Assembly (NCBI GenBank): GCA_963805975.1
Contig: CAWDVR010000002.1
Location: 544,001 to 608,000, forward strand
Reading direction: 5' to 3'
Origin: an uncultured Acidobacteriota bacterium
GTDB taxonomy: Bacteria > Acidobacteriota > Thermoanaerobaculia > Multivoradales > SZUA-115
DNA length: 64,000 bases
The notes under the pieces were generated by a model that searched no databases, had not been told where the DNA came from, and was given only the letters and a program-made list of their open reading frames with translations. The translations under genes and the position numbers were made by a program. Numbering within the stretch: position 1 is the first letter of the stretch; each line of letters opens with the position of its first letter. Of the stretch, positions 1 to 11,625 are shown piece after piece.

Positions 1-56
1 CGGCGCGCGGCGAGGACAGATGCTTCATCGATCTACCGATCTGGCGGTCTCGCCGC

Positions 57-832
57 CTACCCTGCTCCGCCCTTTTCCTTGGCCGGCGGGCGGGCGGTGA
101 GCTTGGCCTTCAAGAAGTCGCGGTTGAGGCGGGCGATGAAGTCGATCGAGATGTCCTTGGGGCAGACCGCCTCGCACTCGCGGAAGTTGGAGCAGGAGCC
201 GAAGCCCTCGGCTTCCATCTGCTCGACCATGCGGAGGACGCGCCCGTAGCGCTCCGGCTGCCCCTGCGGCAGGAGCCCGAGGTGCGAGACCTTGGCGCCC
301 ACGAAGAGCTGCGCCGCGCCGTTCGGGCACTGGGCCACGCAGGCACCGCAGCCGATGCAGGTGGCGGCGTCCATGGCGTGGTCGGCGACCGGCTTGGGCA
401 CCGGCAGGTTGTTGGCCTCGGGCGCCGAGCCGGTCGAGACCGAGACGAAGCCGCCGGCCTGGATGATGCGGTCGAAGGCGGCGCGGTCGACCACCAGGTC
501 CTGCACCACGGGGAAGCCGCGCGAGCGCCAGGGCTCGATGTAGATCGTGTCGCCGTCCGTGAAGTGGCGCATGTGGAGCTGGCAGGTGGCGGTCGAGCGC
601 GAGGGCCCGTGCGCCACGCCGTTGATCATCAGCCCGCAGGAGCCGCAGATGCCCTCGCGGCAGTCGTGCTCGAACTCGATCGGCCGTTCGCCCGCTTCGA
701 TCAGGCGCTCGTTGACCACGTCGAGCATCTCGAGGAAGGACATGTCCGGGCTGATGTCCCGCGCCTCGTAGCGCTCCATCCTCCCCGCGGCGCTCGGGCC
801 CGCCTGGCGCCAGACGTAGAGCGTCAGGTGCA

Positions 833-833
<1 letters not shown>
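57..833 (-). CDS. sdhB: Succinate dehydrogenase/fumarate reductase iron-sulfur subunit
   Basis: [21 protein letters not shown] and [12 protein letters not shown] Fe-S motifs; ATG at 833 overlaps the sdhA stop (TGATG). Confidence 0.95.
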
Positions 834-2746
<1,913 letters not shown>

Positions 2747-2767
2747 CGCGCGGGCTCTTCCGAAAGG

Positions 2768-3475
2768 CTAGCGCACGATCCCCGCCAGCACGGCGATCGG
2801 GAACGAGACGTTGCCGGCGGTGACGAGGAAGGCGAAGGCGGCGGCCGCACTGCGGCGCCAGGCGTTGTAGCGCGGGTGGTTCCAGCCCAGGCTCTGGCAC
2901 AGGCTCCAGATGCCGTGGTAGAGGTGGAGACCCAACGCCAGGTTGGCGGCCACGTAGAAGAGCGCGACGAACGGATTCTGAAAGCCCGTGACCACGTTGT
3001 GGTAGACCTCGCCCGGCCGGAAATCCGGGTGCGCGTTCCCCCAGGTGAGGTGCATCAGGTGGTAGACGACGAAGAGCAGGATGATCACCCCGCCCCAACG
3101 CATGGTGCGCGCCGCGTAGTCCGTCTCGACGAAGGCGTGCTTCACGTACCGCGAGCCCCGCGCGCGCCGGCTCCGGCGGGTGACCTGCCAGGCCGCCACG
3201 ATGTGGGCCACGACAGCCGCCAGCAGGCCGGCCCGCGCCACCCACAGCAGGCCGCCGGCCGGAAGCAGGGGCGGCCCCAGCGCGCGCAGGCTCTCGGCGT
3301 AGTGGTCGTACTCCGCCTGGCCGAGGTACATCTTCAGGTTGCCGGCCATGTGGCCGAGCACGAAGCCGAAGAGGGCCACGCCGGACACCGCCATCACCGC
3401 CTTTTTGGCCAGCGACGAGCGCCAGAACGAGGTGCCGCCGGGCGCGGGGCGATCGACGGTTTCGACTTTCGACAT
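2768..3475 (-). CDS. sdhC: Succinate dehydrogenase cytochrome b558 subunit
   Basis: Multi-TM protein with conserved His (HMAGNL, HIVAA, HLMHL, HLYHG); first gene of sdhCAB; start set at ATG 3475. Confidence 0.9.
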   Translation of the reverse strand: MSKVETVDRPAPGGTSFWRSSLAKKAVMAVSGVALFGFVLGHMAGNLKMYLGQAEYDHYAESLRALGPPLLPAGGLLWVARAGLLAAVVAHIVAAWQVTRRSRRARGSRYVKHAFVETDYAARTMRWGGVIILLFVVYHLMHLTWGNAHPDFRPGEVYHNVVTGFQNPFVALFYVAANLALGLHLYHGIWSLCQSLGWNHPRYNAWRRSAAAAFAFLVTAGNVSFPIAVLAGIVR

Positions 3476-3521
3476 CAAACCGGAACCCTCCCTCGAGGCT
3501 CCTCCCTCAAAACTGGGGCCT

Positions 3522-4904
3522 TCAAGACTCCACGCGACGGCGGCGACGACGGCGGAAAGGCCGGCCGCCACGGCGTTCTCCCGGCCTCGCCGAGGCCCGC
3601 AGATCCTCGGCTTCCGTGCCCTCGGTCCCATGGCCTTCCGTGGCCTTCGCGGCTGCCGCCCGCCGGCCGGCCTCCTTCCACGCCGCCAGCACTTCCCGGC
3701 CGTCCGCCGTCGCCCGCACCATCACCTCGAGCAGCGCCAGGGCGTTGACGAAGGACGAGCGGCGCGCCAGGCGCAGCCGGTCCGCCTCTTTCCACCTCGG
3801 GTCGGCGAGGAGCTGGAAACCGACCAGCGCCTGGTGCATCTCCTCAGAGCGGGCGCGGGAGAGCGCGAAGCGGGCGACGAAGGGCTCGACCGCCTCGCGC
3901 ACCAGCCCGTCGAGGGCGGTGCGGCGCATCGGCCGCTGGGCCTCGGCGTCGTAGCGCCGCAGGAGGACGGCCGGCAGCAGCAGCACGGCGAGCAGCACCG
4001 AATCGGAGAGCGTGGCGCCTTCCTGGATCATGGTGTCGATCGTCGGCAGCAGCCGGCCGAACTCTCCCAGGCCCCGCGCGCTGGCGCTGAGCATGGCCAG
4101 GGCCTCGGGCAGCAGCGCCTCGACCAGCCCGAGGTCCAGCATCCACTGCATGGCGGCGCCCGAGTGGCCGCAGCGCAGGAGCTGCACGATCTCCTCGGTC
4201 ATCCTCGCCGGCGACGCCTTGGCCACCTCCCCCGCCAGCTCGCAGATCGACTCCTGGGTCTTCCTCTCGATGCCGAAGCCCAGCCGGGCCGCGAACTCGC
4301 AGGCGCGCAGCATGCGCACCGGGTCCTCGCGGAAGCGCACGGCCGGGTCGCCGATCACGTGGATCAGCCGGCGCTCCAGATCCTCGATCCCGCCCACGTA
4401 GTCGATCACCGAGAAGTCGGCGATGTTGTAGAAGAGCGCGTTGACCGTGAAGTCGCGCCGGAAGGCGTCCTCGGACGGCGTGCCGAAGGTGTTGTCCGAG
4501 GTGATGAGGAGCTCGCCCGGCGCGGCGTCCTGCTCGTCGGGATCGGGGTTGCGGCGGAAGGTCGAGACCTCCACCACCCCGTCCTTGAAGAACACGTGCA
4601 CCAGCCGGAACCGGCGGCCGATGATCCGCGAGTTGCGGAACAGCCGGCGGATCTCGTTGGGCTTGGCGTCGGTGGCGGCGTCGAAATCCTTGGGCCGGCG
4701 TCCGAGCAGCAAGTCGCGAACACCTCCCCCCACCAGGTAGGCCTTGAAGCCCGCCGTCTGCAGGCGGTACAGGACCTTGATGGCGTTGGGCGAGATGTTC
4801 TTGCGAGAGATCGCGTGCTCGGAGCGCGCCAGGATTCGCGGCTCGCTCGACCAGGGCTCCTCGGTCAGAGGGTCACGGGCGGCGGTGGTATCGGCCTGTG
4901 CCAT
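3522..4904 (-). CDS. pcnB: Poly(A) polymerase I
   Basis: VGGGVRD..PKDFD, PAP signature IIGRRFRLVHV, RRDFTVNA, EDPVRMLRA, Arg-rich C-terminus. Confidence 0.9.
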   Translation of the reverse strand: MAQADTTAARDPLTEEPWSSEPRILARSEHAISRKNISPNAIKVLYRLQTAGFKAYLVGGGVRDLLLGRRPKDFDAATDAKPNEIRRLFRNSRIIGRRFRLVHVFFKDGVVEVSTFRRNPDPDEQDAAPGELLITSDNTFGTPSEDAFRRDFTVNALFYNIADFSVIDYVGGIEDLERRLIHVIGDPAVRFREDPVRMLRACEFAARLGFGIERKTQESICELAGEVAKASPARMTEEIVQLLRCGHSGAAMQWMLDLGLVEALLPEALAMLSASARGLGEFGRLLPTIDTMIQEGATLSDSVLLAVLLLPAVLLRRYDAEAQRPMRRTALDGLVREAVEPFVARFALSRARSEEMHQALVGFQLLADPRWKEADRLRLARRSSFVNALALLEVMVRATADGREVLAAWKEAGRRAAAAKATEGHGTEGTEAEDLRASARPGERRGGRPFRRRRRRRVES

Positions 4905-5192
4905 TCAGGAGCGCGCCGCCCGCGCCCGGCGCGCACGCACGGGAAATGCGGTTCGAAAAGAGGGGTCCGGGTTCCGCACTTTGGCTGATGTCGTGGGCCG
5001 GGAGAGAGGGCGGCGGGGTGGGTGGGCTGTCCTCGGCGCGCTCCGCGCTCTGCCGGGCCGTCACTGTCGGGGACCGAAGTATACCCCAGGGCCGGGGCCC
5101 ACCTCAGGGTGGTGCCGGTGCCTCGTCCCGCAGCACGAAGGGCCGGCGCCGAGGCCCTGCGAACGATCGCAGACCTCGGCGCTGGCAGGCGG

Positions 5193-5711
5193 CTAGTGAT
5201 ACGGACAGTGCTCGTGGTGGGGGCGATGGTGCGACTGCGGGCGCCGGCCCTGGTGGCGGCGGTCGCGGCCGTGGTCGTCGCGGCCGTAGCGCTCGCGGCG
5301 GTCGTCGTACCGGCGATCGTCGTAACGCCGGTCGTCGTAACGATAGTCGTCCCCGCGATACCTCGGGCGCGGCGCGTAGCGGTCGAAGGCCGCGTGCCGA
5401 TCACTGTGGTACGCGTCGAAGTGGCGGCCGACTCCCGGGCACTGGGCGTCGTGGTAGTAGTAGTCGCCTTCCTTGAAGCAGCGCGAGGTGCAAGGGAAGT
5501 TGCGGTACGGGAAGCGCTCGTGCACCCGGTAGTAGTAGACCGGCCGGCGCTGGCGGTCGAAGTCCCGGAAGACGAGGTTCAAGTGGAACTGGCCGACCCT
5601 GAACCCGCTGCCGAGCACCCAATGGGCGTGGTCGGCGCGGGCCGGCGCGGCGGTCGCCAACGAGGCGATCAGGATCAGGGCTGAGGTACTGGCTGCGAGT
5701 GTCTTTCTCAT
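5193..5711 (-). CDS. Secreted hypothetical protein with YDDRR repeats and His/Cys-rich tail
   Basis: Sec signal ending ARA, GGAGGT RBS, tandem RYDDR repeats, C-terminal HHEHCPYH. Confidence 0.75.
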   Translation of the reverse strand: MRKTLAASTSALILIASLATAAPARADHAHWVLGSGFRVGQFHLNLVFRDFDRQRRPVYYYRVHERFPYRNFPCTSRCFKEGDYYYHDAQCPGVGRHFDAYHSDRHAAFDRYAPRPRYRGDDYRYDDRRYDDRRYDDRRERYGRDDHGRDRRHQGRRPQSHHRPHHEHCPYH

Positions 5712-5741
5712 GAGTTCGTCTACCTCCTGCCAGAGTCCATA

Positions 5742-5797
5742 TCAGCTTCCATGCCAACCCGGCATGTTCAGGTAAACTATTGCAGATCAAGGGGTTG
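5742..5797 (-). promoter_or_regulatory. Putative sigma54-type promoter with adjacent IHF-like site
   Basis: Minus strand TGGCATGGAAGCTGA (5756-5742, imperfect -12); GATCAAGGGGTTG at 5785-5797 is close to IHF consensus WATCAAN4TTR. Confidence 0.4.
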
Positions 5798-5836
5798 TAG
5801 CGATTCCGAGGCAGGCCACAACAACATTCGTCCTCG

Positions 5837-6646
5837 CTAGAGGACGGGTTGCCGGGCCTTCGGAGGTCCCGGCTTGTCAGCCTGGGCCTCGCCGCTCATC
5901 GGCGGCAGCTTGACGGGGATCTTGGTGCGCTTCTCGTAGCCGTCCTCAGTCCTGGTGATGACCACCAGGTTCTGGAGGAAGCGCCCCTCGGGCACCACCA
6001 TCCTGCCGCCGATCCGAAGCTGATCGAGGAGCGGCTGCGGGGTGCGCGGCGGTGCCGTGGTGAGGATGATGGCGTCGAAGGGCGCCTCGTCCGGCCAGCC
6101 CTGGTAGCCGTCACCGATCCGGGTGTGCACGTTGCGGCAGCCCGCGGCCTGGAGATTCGCCTTGGCCTGGCGGCCGAGGTCGGGATCGATCTCGATGGTG
6201 AACACCTGTTGCGCGAGCCTGGACAGCACCGCCGCGTGGTAGCCGGAGCCGGTGCCGATCTCGAGCACCTTGGCGCCGCGGTCGAGCCCCAGGAGCGAGG
6301 TCATGAGCGCCACGATGTACGGCTGATGGACGCTCGAGCTCTTGCCGATGGGCAGCGAGCGGTCCGCGTAGGCGTCGGCCCGCAGCTCCTCGGGCAGGAA
6401 GAGGTGCCGCGGCACCTCGCCCATGGCCGCGAGCAGGCTGGGCGAGGTGATGCCGCGCTCCTTGATCTGCTGCTCGACCATCAGGCGCCGCTGCTCGTCG
6501 AAGGAAAGGTCGGCAGGCGCCGAGAGCGCCTTCGCCGAGGCCGACTGCGCCGAAGCCGGCGGCGCACCGATCAGGAAGGCGGCGAGCGAGAAGCCGAGGA
6601 CGATGGCCGAGGAAGCGAGCGCCGCGCGGCGCGGAGACGAGTGCAC
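5837..6646 (-). CDS. pcm: Protein-L-isoaspartate O-methyltransferase paralog with N-terminal signal peptide
   Basis: VPRHLF, AYAD, QPYIVALM, VLEIGTGSGY, GDGYQGW..EAPFDAI. Confidence 0.85.
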   Translation of the reverse strand: MHSSPRRAALASSAIVLGFSLAAFLIGAPPASAQSASAKALSAPADLSFDEQRRLMVEQQIKERGITSPSLLAAMGEVPRHLFLPEELRADAYADRSLPIGKSSSVHQPYIVALMTSLLGLDRGAKVLEIGTGSGYHAAVLSRLAQQVFTIEIDPDLGRQAKANLQAAGCRNVHTRIGDGYQGWPDEAPFDAIILTTAPPRTPQPLLDQLRIGGRMVVPEGRFLQNLVVITRTEDGYEKRTKIPVKLPPMSGEAQADKPGPPKARQPVL

Positions 6647-6653
6647 GATCCGC

Positions 6654-7523
6654 TTAGCGCTTCTGGCGCGCCTCGCCGGTCATCGGCACGAAACGGACCG
6701 CGGCGATGCGCTGGCGCTCGGGCCCGGTCTCGGTGCGCGTGATCACCAGCAGCTCCTGGACGTGGCCGCCGCCCTCGGGAAGCACCATCTTGCCGCCGAT
6801 CTTGAGCTGATCGAGGAGCGGCTTGGGGACCTCGGGCGGCGCGGCGGTGAGGATGATGGCGTCGAAGGGCCCTTCCTCCGGCCAGCCGCGATAGCCGTCG
6901 CCCAACCGGACCTTCACGTTGTCGTAGCCCAGCGACGCGAGCGCGCTGCGGGCCCGCTTGCCCAGGTCGTCGACGATCTCGATGGTGAACACCTTGCCCG
7001 CGATGCGCGACAGCACGGCGGCGTGATAGCCGGAGCCGGTGCCGATCTCGAGCACCTTGGAGCGCTTGTCGAGATGCAGCAGCTCGGTCATCAGGGCCAC
7101 GATGTAGGGCTGAGAGATGGTCTGCCCGTGGCCGATGGGGAGCGGCTTGTCGCGGTAGGCGTGGGAGGCGTAGGCGCTGGGCACGAACTTGTGGCGCGGC
7201 ACCTCGCGCATCGCCTTCAAGACCGCCTTGTCGGTGATGTTGCGCCGGACGATCTGCTCCTCGACCATGGCGTGGCGCTGCGCCGCGAGCTGGTCGGCGG
7301 ACGACTCGGCCTCGACGATGAGCGCCGCGGCGAGCGGCACGGCCAGGCACCCCATGGCGAGCGCCGCCAGCCAGCGGTGGGACCTCGTGCGGCGCTTGGG
7401 GAGGTCGGCCGTGTCCTCGACCGTCCGCGCGCTCGCGAGCGGCGGAGCAGGCGCGGGCAAGGCCCTCGGGGTTCGACCTTCAGCAGCGGGCACGGTGTGG
7501 AGTCTCCTCGGGAGCAGCCTCAT
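6654..7523 (-). CDS. pcm: Protein-L-isoaspartate O-methyltransferase with N-terminal hydrophobic segment
   Basis: VPRHKFV, GQTISQPYIVA, LEIGTGSGY, VRFVPM; start codon uncertain. Confidence 0.88.
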   Translation of the reverse strand: MRLLPRRLHTVPAAEGRTPRALPAPAPPLASARTVEDTADLPKRRTRSHRWLAALAMGCLAVPLAAALIVEAESSADQLAAQRHAMVEEQIVRRNITDKAVLKAMREVPRHKFVPSAYASHAYRDKPLPIGHGQTISQPYIVALMTELLHLDKRSKVLEIGTGSGYHAAVLSRIAGKVFTIEIVDDLGKRARSALASLGYDNVKVRLGDGYRGWPEEGPFDAIILTAAPPEVPKPLLDQLKIGGKMVLPEGGGHVQELLVITRTETGPERQRIAAVRFVPMTGEARQKR

Positions 7524-7609
7524 TGTCGCAGCTCGCAGGTGCAAAGAACAAGCCAGCGCGGCGCCCGGCACGGCGCTGGTAGACTGCGCCTTCGCCAAAG
7601 GAGCCTTCG

Positions 7610-8716
7610 ATGGATCGCCGACACTTCCTCGGTGGCATGGTAGCCAGTCTCTCTCTTCCGCTCCTGGCGCGGGAGCCGGACTCACAGACGCCAAGGCCGG
7701 CGCCGGCCCAGGGTGCGTCTTCCTCGGCGGTGGCGGTGGCGAGCGAGAACGGCCTCGAGGCGGTGCGCATCGCCTACCAGGAGCTCACCTCCGGCACCGA
7801 TCCGGTGGATGCCGCGGTCGCCGGGGTGCGCGTGGTGGAGCTCGACCCCGCGGACTATACGGTCGGCTACGGCGGCCTGCCCAACTTCGAGGGCGTGGTG
7901 CAGCTCGACGCCGCGGTGATGCACGGGCCTTCCGGCAAGGCGGGCGCGGTGGCGGCGCTCGAGGGCGTGAAGACGCCGGCGCAGGTGGCGCGCTTGGTGA
8001 TGCAGCGCACCGATCACGTGCTGCTGGTGGGCGAGGGCGCGCGCCGCTTCGCCACCATGCACGGCTTCCCCCACGAGGAGCTCCTCACCGACTTCACCCG
8101 CAAGGTGTGGCTCTACTGGCGCGAGAACCTGTCGCAGCTCGACGACTGGGTGGAGCCTCTCCCCGCGGCGCTCGACCCCGAGGTGCGGCGCTTCGTCGAA
8201 GACCCGGACAACCGCGACCTCTTCCGGCCCGGGCCCGAGCGGCCGACCGGCACCATCCATCTCTCGGCACGCACCGCCAGCGGCGATCTCGGCTGCTGCA
8301 CCACCACCTCGGGCCTGTTCTTCAAGATCCCCGGCCGCGTGGGCGACTCGCCGATCATCGGCGCCGGGCTCTACTGCGACAACGACGTCGGCTCCGCCGG
8401 CGCCACCGGGCGCGGCGAGGCCAGCATCCAGTCCTGCGCCGCGCACACCGCCGTCGAGCACATGCGCGCCGGCCTGGCACCGGAGCAGGCCATCCTGAAG
8501 ACCCTCGAACGGGTGGTGCACCTCAACCGCGAGCCGCTGCTGCGCCGCCGCGACGGCCGGCCCAAGTTCAACCTCCGCCTGTACGCGGTGGACAAGTCTG
8601 GCCGCTACGCCGGCGGCGCGATCTGGGGCGGCCGGAAGTTCGCCGTCGCCGACTCCCGCGGGCCGCGGCTCGAGGAGCAGGCCTACCTCTATCCCAAGAC
8701 GCCCGCCGAGCCGTGA
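7610..8716 (+). CDS. Tat-exported Ntn-hydrolase (glycosylasparaginase / isoaspartyl peptidase, Asparaginase_2 family)
   Basis: MDRRHFL twin-Arg signal, VGYGGLPN, GT nucleophile site, TTTSG..KIPGRVGDSPIIGAG, ATGRGE. Confidence 0.88.
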   Translation: MDRRHFLGGMVASLSLPLLAREPDSQTPRPAPAQGASSSAVAVASENGLEAVRIAYQELTSGTDPVDAAVAGVRVVELDPADYTVGYGGLPNFEGVVQLDAAVMHGPSGKAGAVAALEGVKTPAQVARLVMQRTDHVLLVGEGARRFATMHGFPHEELLTDFTRKVWLYWRENLSQLDDWVEPLPAALDPEVRRFVEDPDNRDLFRPGPERPTGTIHLSARTASGDLGCCTTTSGLFFKIPGRVGDSPIIGAGLYCDNDVGSAGATGRGEASIQSCAAHTAVEHMRAGLAPEQAILKTLERVVHLNREPLLRRRDGRPKFNLRLYAVDKSGRYAGGAIWGGRKFAVADSRGPRLEEQAYLYPKTPAEP

Positions 8717-10077
8717 GCAAGGCGATCCTGGCTTCACCGTCGCACTCTCTCGAGGCGGTGCGCGAGCGGCTGGCACGCCTGCTGGCCGCCTCGGTGGGAG
8801 ACGCCACCGAGCTGCTGTGGATCGAGACCCGGCGCGGCGAGGCGACGAGCCTGCGGCGCGAGGAGCCGCCGCCCATCGTCGTCCGTCGCACCGTGACCGT
8901 GCGCGTCTCCGAGGGGCCGCGGCTCGGCCGCTACACGACCGAGGACGGCGCCGACGGCGAGCTGGCCGACGCTCTGCGCCTCGCCCTGGCCCACGCCCGC
9001 GCCGAGAGCCCGACCGCCACCCCGTGGGAGCCGCCCGCGGGCGGCGGCGCGAACGGCGACGCACCGGCGGCCGATGTACTTTTCGATCCCGAGGCCGCGG
9101 CGCTCGAGCCCAGGGCGGCCAAGGCGCTCCTCGAGCGTGGCCTGCAGCAGGACGAGGTGGCGCGCCTGCGCTGGGCGACGACGCGGGCGGTGCTCGTCAA
9201 CAGCCGCGGCCTCTGGCGCGCCACGGCGCTGACCGGCGCCGCGCTCGCGATCGAGAGCGGGCGCGGTGCGGGCGCCGGCTCCGCCGAGCGTGCGGCGCGC
9301 ACCTTTGCGCTCCTCGCCCCGGCGGAGCTCGCCGAGCGCGCTCGGGCCTTGCGCTCCGACGAGGAAGCGGCGGCACCGCCGGCGGAGCCCGTGCCCCTGG
9401 TGCTGGGGCCCGTTGCCGCGGCGGCGCTGGTGCATCGGCTGGCGGCCACCGGGCTCGCCGCGGAAGCGTTCGCCCGCGGCGGCGTGCTGGGGGCGGGCGA
9501 CCTCGGCCGGGAGATCTTCTCGCGCGCTTTCTCGCTGGTGGACGACGGCTCGCGCCCGGCGGGCCTTCCCTTCCCGTTCGACTTCGAGGGCCGGCGGCGA
9601 GGGCGGGTGGAGCTGGTGACCCACGGGGTGCTCAAAACGCCGGCGGTGGGCCCTCTTCTGGCGGCCGAGCTGGGGTTGCCGGCCACGCCCCACTACCTCG
9701 GGCCGGACGAGATCCGCCCGCAGCACCTCTTCGTCGAGCCCGGCGCCGGCTCGCGGGAAGACCTGCTGGCCGCCGCCGGTGGCGGTCCGGGGGGCGACGG
9801 CCTCTGGGTGGGCACGCTCGCCGGCCTCGGCCCGGTGGAGCCCTTCGGCTCCTCCTTCCGAGCCATCTGCAGGGGCGTGCGGCAGATCGTCGGGGGACGG
9901 CTCGGGCCACCCGTGGCCCCCTTCCTCTGGCAGGACGATCTCAGGCGCGTGCTCGCCGGGATCCTCGCCGTGGGCAGTGATGCCACCGCCGTGGCGTTCG
10001 ACAGCGAGCTTCGCGGCGCGGTCTCGTCGCCGTCGCTCGCGGTGGGAGCCGGTGGCCTCTTCAGGCCGCCGGCATGA
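8713..10077 (+). CDS. TldD/PmbA-family (TldE-like) protein
   Basis: GTG overlaps upstream TGA; PVPLVLGP, SLVDDG..PFPFDFEG, SSPSL motifs; no HExxH. Confidence 0.7.
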   Translation: MSKAILASPSHSLEAVRERLARLLAASVGDATELLWIETRRGEATSLRREEPPPIVVRRTVTVRVSEGPRLGRYTTEDGADGELADALRLALAHARAESPTATPWEPPAGGGANGDAPAADVLFDPEAAALEPRAAKALLERGLQQDEVARLRWATTRAVLVNSRGLWRATALTGAALAIESGRGAGAGSAERAARTFALLAPAELAERARALRSDEEAAAPPAEPVPLVLGPVAAAALVHRLAATGLAAEAFARGGVLGAGDLGREIFSRAFSLVDDGSRPAGLPFPFDFEGRRRGRVELVTHGVLKTPAVGPLLAAELGLPATPHYLGPDEIRPQHLFVEPGAGSREDLLAAAGGGPGGDGLWVGTLAGLGPVEPFGSSFRAICRGVRQIVGGRLGPPVAPFLWQDDLRRVLAGILAVGSDATAVAFDSELRGAVSSPSLAVGAGGLFRPPA

Positions 10078-11623
10078 CGCGCAGCAGAACCACCGTCTGA
10101 TCGTCACCCTGGGGCTGACCGCCGGCGAACCGGGTGGTGGCCTCGTCCAGGGAGCGGATGATGGCCTCCAGGGATTGCTCGCGGCTGGCGGCGAGGCAGT
10201 CGATCAGGCGCCCGAGCCCGAACTCATCCCCCGCGCGGTTGGCCGCCTCGGTCAAGCCGTCGCTGTACAGGCAGACCAGGTCCCCGGGCGCGAGCTCCAC
10301 GCTCGAGCGCTGGAAGCTGCCGCCGGGAAGGAGACCCACCGGCAGCCCGGTCGACGGTAGCTGGCGCACGTTGCCCGCCAGATCCAGCACCACGCCGGGG
10401 TTGTGGCCGGCGTTGACGTAGCCCAGCCGGCGGGTGGCGGGGTCGAGCTCAGCCACCAGCAGCGTGATGTACTTGGCGGGCGCGCTCGAGTCCAGCACGT
10501 GATGGTTCAGGCGCTCGAAGAGCGTCGGCCCCACCTCGTGGCGGTCGAGCATCAACCGCAGCGCCGAGTGCAGGATCGACACCATCAGGGCGGCCGGCAT
10601 GCCCTTGCCGGAGACGTCTCCCAGGGTCAGCACCCAACGGCCCTCGGCAGTCCGCAGGTAGTTGTAGTAGTCGCCGCCGATGTGGCGCGCCGGGCGGTTC
10701 CAGCCGGCCAGCTCGTAGCCGGGAATGTCGGGCGCGTGCTCGGGCAGGATCTGGCGCTGGATCTCGGCCGCCAGCTCCATCTCGCGCTCCAGGCGCTCCT
10801 TCTCCAGGGCCTGGCGGTGCAGGCGGGCGTTTTCGAGCGCGATCGCCGCCTGGTTGGCGAAGAGCTGCAGAGTGAGGTCGTCCGTGGCGCCGAACGGGCC
10901 GACCCCGCGGCGGCTCTCTTTGTCCGCCACCACCAGCATGCCCCGCGGCGAGCCTTCGATCTTGATCGCCGCCGCCAGCAGGTGGGTGGCGCCAGGCAGG
11001 ACGCCGGCCGGCAGCAACAGCGCCTCGGCGGTGGAGAAGCTCGGCAGCGCGCTGCCTCCCAACGCCCGCGACAGCCCGTAGACGCCCCCCTCCAGCAGGT
11101 AGAGGGCGGCACGGCGCGCATCGAGGAGCGACAAGGCCCAGGAGAGGATGGCCTCGGACAGCGACTCGACGTCGAGCATCGAGGTGATGGCCAGGCCCAC
11201 GTCGTAGAGGGCCTGCTGCTCGACCCCGCGCATACCGGCCGCGAAGTTCTGGCGCTTGAGCTGGCGCTTCAGGCAGCAGATGCGCGCCGCAAGCGCGAGA
11301 AGCGCGGCAAGCGGGCTCGATCCGAGGCCGTCGAGGCCGGGGCCCGCGCCGGGTTCGAAGAGCAGGAGGCCGTCCGGCAGCTTGAAGACGCCGAACCCGT
11401 CGGGCGGGGCGCCGGTCAGAACCTCGGGCAGCTCGCCGTCGCCGTCGCAGAGCTCGAGCTGGAGCATCGAGTCCTGGTTCAGGTAGAGCGCTACGCTGCG
11501 CACCCCGGTGGCCTGCCGGAAACGGGCGAGGACGGAAGGCACGAAGTCCGCCTCGGGAGCGTCCTCCAGGAGGTGGCGGACGAGAGGGCCCCAGCTCGCC
11601 CCGTCGCCGTCGATCCCGTTCAT
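10061..11623 (-). CDS. GAF + PP2C (SpoIIE/RsbU-type) phosphatase
   Basis: LAAEIQRQILP, IGGDYY, GDVSGKG, NAGH, YSDGLTE, DDQT. Confidence 0.92.
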   Translation of the reverse strand: MNGIDGDGASWGPLVRHLLEDAPEADFVPSVLARFRQATGVRSVALYLNQDSMLQLELCDGDGELPEVLTGAPPDGFGVFKLPDGLLLFEPGAGPGLDGLGSSPLAALLALAARICCLKRQLKRQNFAAGMRGVEQQALYDVGLAITSMLDVESLSEAILSWALSLLDARRAALYLLEGGVYGLSRALGGSALPSFSTAEALLLPAGVLPGATHLLAAAIKIEGSPRGMLVVADKESRRGVGPFGATDDLTLQLFANQAAIALENARLHRQALEKERLEREMELAAEIQRQILPEHAPDIPGYELAGWNRPARHIGGDYYNYLRTAEGRWVLTLGDVSGKGMPAALMVSILHSALRLMLDRHEVGPTLFERLNHHVLDSSAPAKYITLLVAELDPATRRLGYVNAGHNPGVVLDLAGNVRQLPSTGLPVGLLPGGSFQRSSVELAPGDLVCLYSDGLTEAANRAGDEFGLGRLIDCLAASREQSLEAIIRSLDEATTRFAGGQPQGDDQTVVLLRVMPAA

Positions 11624-11625
11624 GC

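Noticed and set aside
5299-5351. Short repeats as a CRISPR array
   Set aside because: 15-bp in-frame coding repeats without spacers; no cas genes
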